DNA from: Dipteris shenzhenensis
Lineage: Eukaryota
Direction: 5' to 3' (one strand)
Length of the DNA stretch: 64,000 nt
Assembly: GCA_047967505.1 (NCBI GenBank)
Contig: CM106538.1
In this document: positions 62,588 through 64,000 of the stretch, in pieces
Layout of the letters: every line of letters begins with the position of its first letter
Numbering within the stretch: the first letter of the stretch is position 1
Made by a program: the position numbers and the translations under genes
Notes under the pieces: model-generated
Database searches by the model: none
What the model was told of the DNA's origin: nothing
Seen by the model: the letters and a program-made list of their open reading frames with translations, nothing else

Positions 62588-63370
62588 GGCAACGAAGCTC
62601 TGGACGCTGGAGTCTCACAGACTCTCACTGTCTCCAGCCTCAAAAAAAAGAAGGCTCAGAGATTTGAAAATCACGGCGGCATTGTATTATATGAGAGCGA
62701 TACGATGCAGAAAAGCAAAAGTTGCTTTTTGACATGGTATGTGCTTCGACCCAGGATCGTCGGCTTTCTTTCAGCTCATGCTTCATTGTCGCCGCCCAAC
62801 GTGTGGAAAAGCTCGTCTCTTCCGTTCTAACGATCCCATCATCTCTCTGTCTTCAAACTACGCCACGCAATCTGTGTCGCTAGCAAGTCGACCTTTATCG
62901 CACACTTGCATGACGCCGTCCACGTTTCTTTGCGTAGTTATCCTGTTGGCAGTTGTTGGTTCGGCTGCCATGTTAACGCGTCTCAAACTTGGATACGTCT
63001 TATGAATGTACAATGCACATCCGGTGCCTACAACATTACAAAAGACCAACCTGCGGAGAGTCCAGGTTAGTTCACACCGGTCCAAATTGTTTCACCTTGT
63101 GAGGAGTCTTCCACTTAAGATGAGTTTCCTCCACACCAAGAGTCAACCACCCACACACCACTTCTCAAGAAATTCTACCTTAGCCCCCCCACTCCATGCC
63201 ATTTTCAAAGGAGAGCATTTTCCCAAAATTAGCAATTGAAAACAGGGCACAAAATAGCATGTCACTAGCATCTCTAATAAGAACTTAATGAGTTCCCATT
63301 CCAAGCCTCCCAAGAAAGCACTAATGCTAGCATACAACTTGAACTTACAACCACAAAAAATCCATATTCG

Positions 63371-63566
63371 AATACAACCCCAAACTAGTTCCGGGTAGGT
63401 AGCTATATTGAGCTAGAATATATTTTAATGAATTTCTTGCCATTCCCTAAAAATTCAAAATTAATATTTGCCAATACAACCACAAACTAGTTCTGGGTAG
63501 GTAGCTATATTGAGCTAGAATATATTTTAATGAATTTCTTGCCATTCCCTAAAAATTCAAAATTAA
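63371..63566 (+). repeat. 102-bp tandem duplication upstream of the LAX gene
   Basis: aatacaacc.caaactagtt..gggtaggtagctatattgagctag...aaaattcaaaattaa at 63371-63464 and 63473-63566. Confidence 0.9.
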
Positions 63567-64000
63567 GAAAAGTTTGACACATGATTCAAGAAGAGTTGAT
63601 ATTGTCAATTTATGACACAATTATATCTACTTAAAAAGATGACTTAATTTTTAAAATGAACTAAGAAGATAGGTTTATGTAAAGTTTAAAATAAGAAAAG
63701 ATGACTAATTACTTGGTTGAGTAATAGGATAGCATTGTGGTAATTTTGTTAAGTTTATATGTTTTAATATTGTACAATTTGATTCTTATCTAATTTATAA
63801 AATAAAGTGAGTAGAATGTGATAATAGAAATACCTTTTTTTGTTTAATGCATCAGGGTGATTTTTTTTTTAAAAAGTTGCTATTCAAGTTTATATTTAAT
63901 CTACAAAATAAATATAAAGATGTATCAAAAATGTCGAAATGATTTGAAATTTAGTTTGAATGTAAAAGATTTAAATGATAGTGGGTATTGAATAAATGTA

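Overview
Land-plant nuclear DNA, probably from a fern or lycophyte (inferred from PPR style and a divergent AUX/LAX gene). Two host genes bracket about 58 kb of nested transposons: the 3' part of a PLS-class PPR gene (<1-1016) and an 8-exon AUX1/LAX-family gene (60202-62587, minus). The TE block has been scrambled by what look like two nested inversions (breakpoints ~17931/46465 and ~29502/46112). Undoing them on paper restores: (i) a full Copia element (TSD GGAAT); (ii) a second full Copia element (TSD GGGGA); and (iii) inside the second Copia, a ~14.4-kb DNA transposon with 31-bp TIRs and a 4-bp TSD (GGTG). That transposon encodes a DUF7869/Sola1-like DDE transposase. Transcribed divergently from it, across ~40 palindromic repeats, is a chromatin-type cargo: an intron-containing ParB-like + beta-class amino-methyltransferase-like gene, an FCP1/SCP-type HAD phosphatase-like ORF and a SET-domain ORF. 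Also present are degenerate Gypsy relics, Sola2-like transposase copies with a 3.3-kb tandem duplication, MITEs with 8-bp TSDs and several tandem repeats. All family assignments come from motif recognition by eye, not from database searches.
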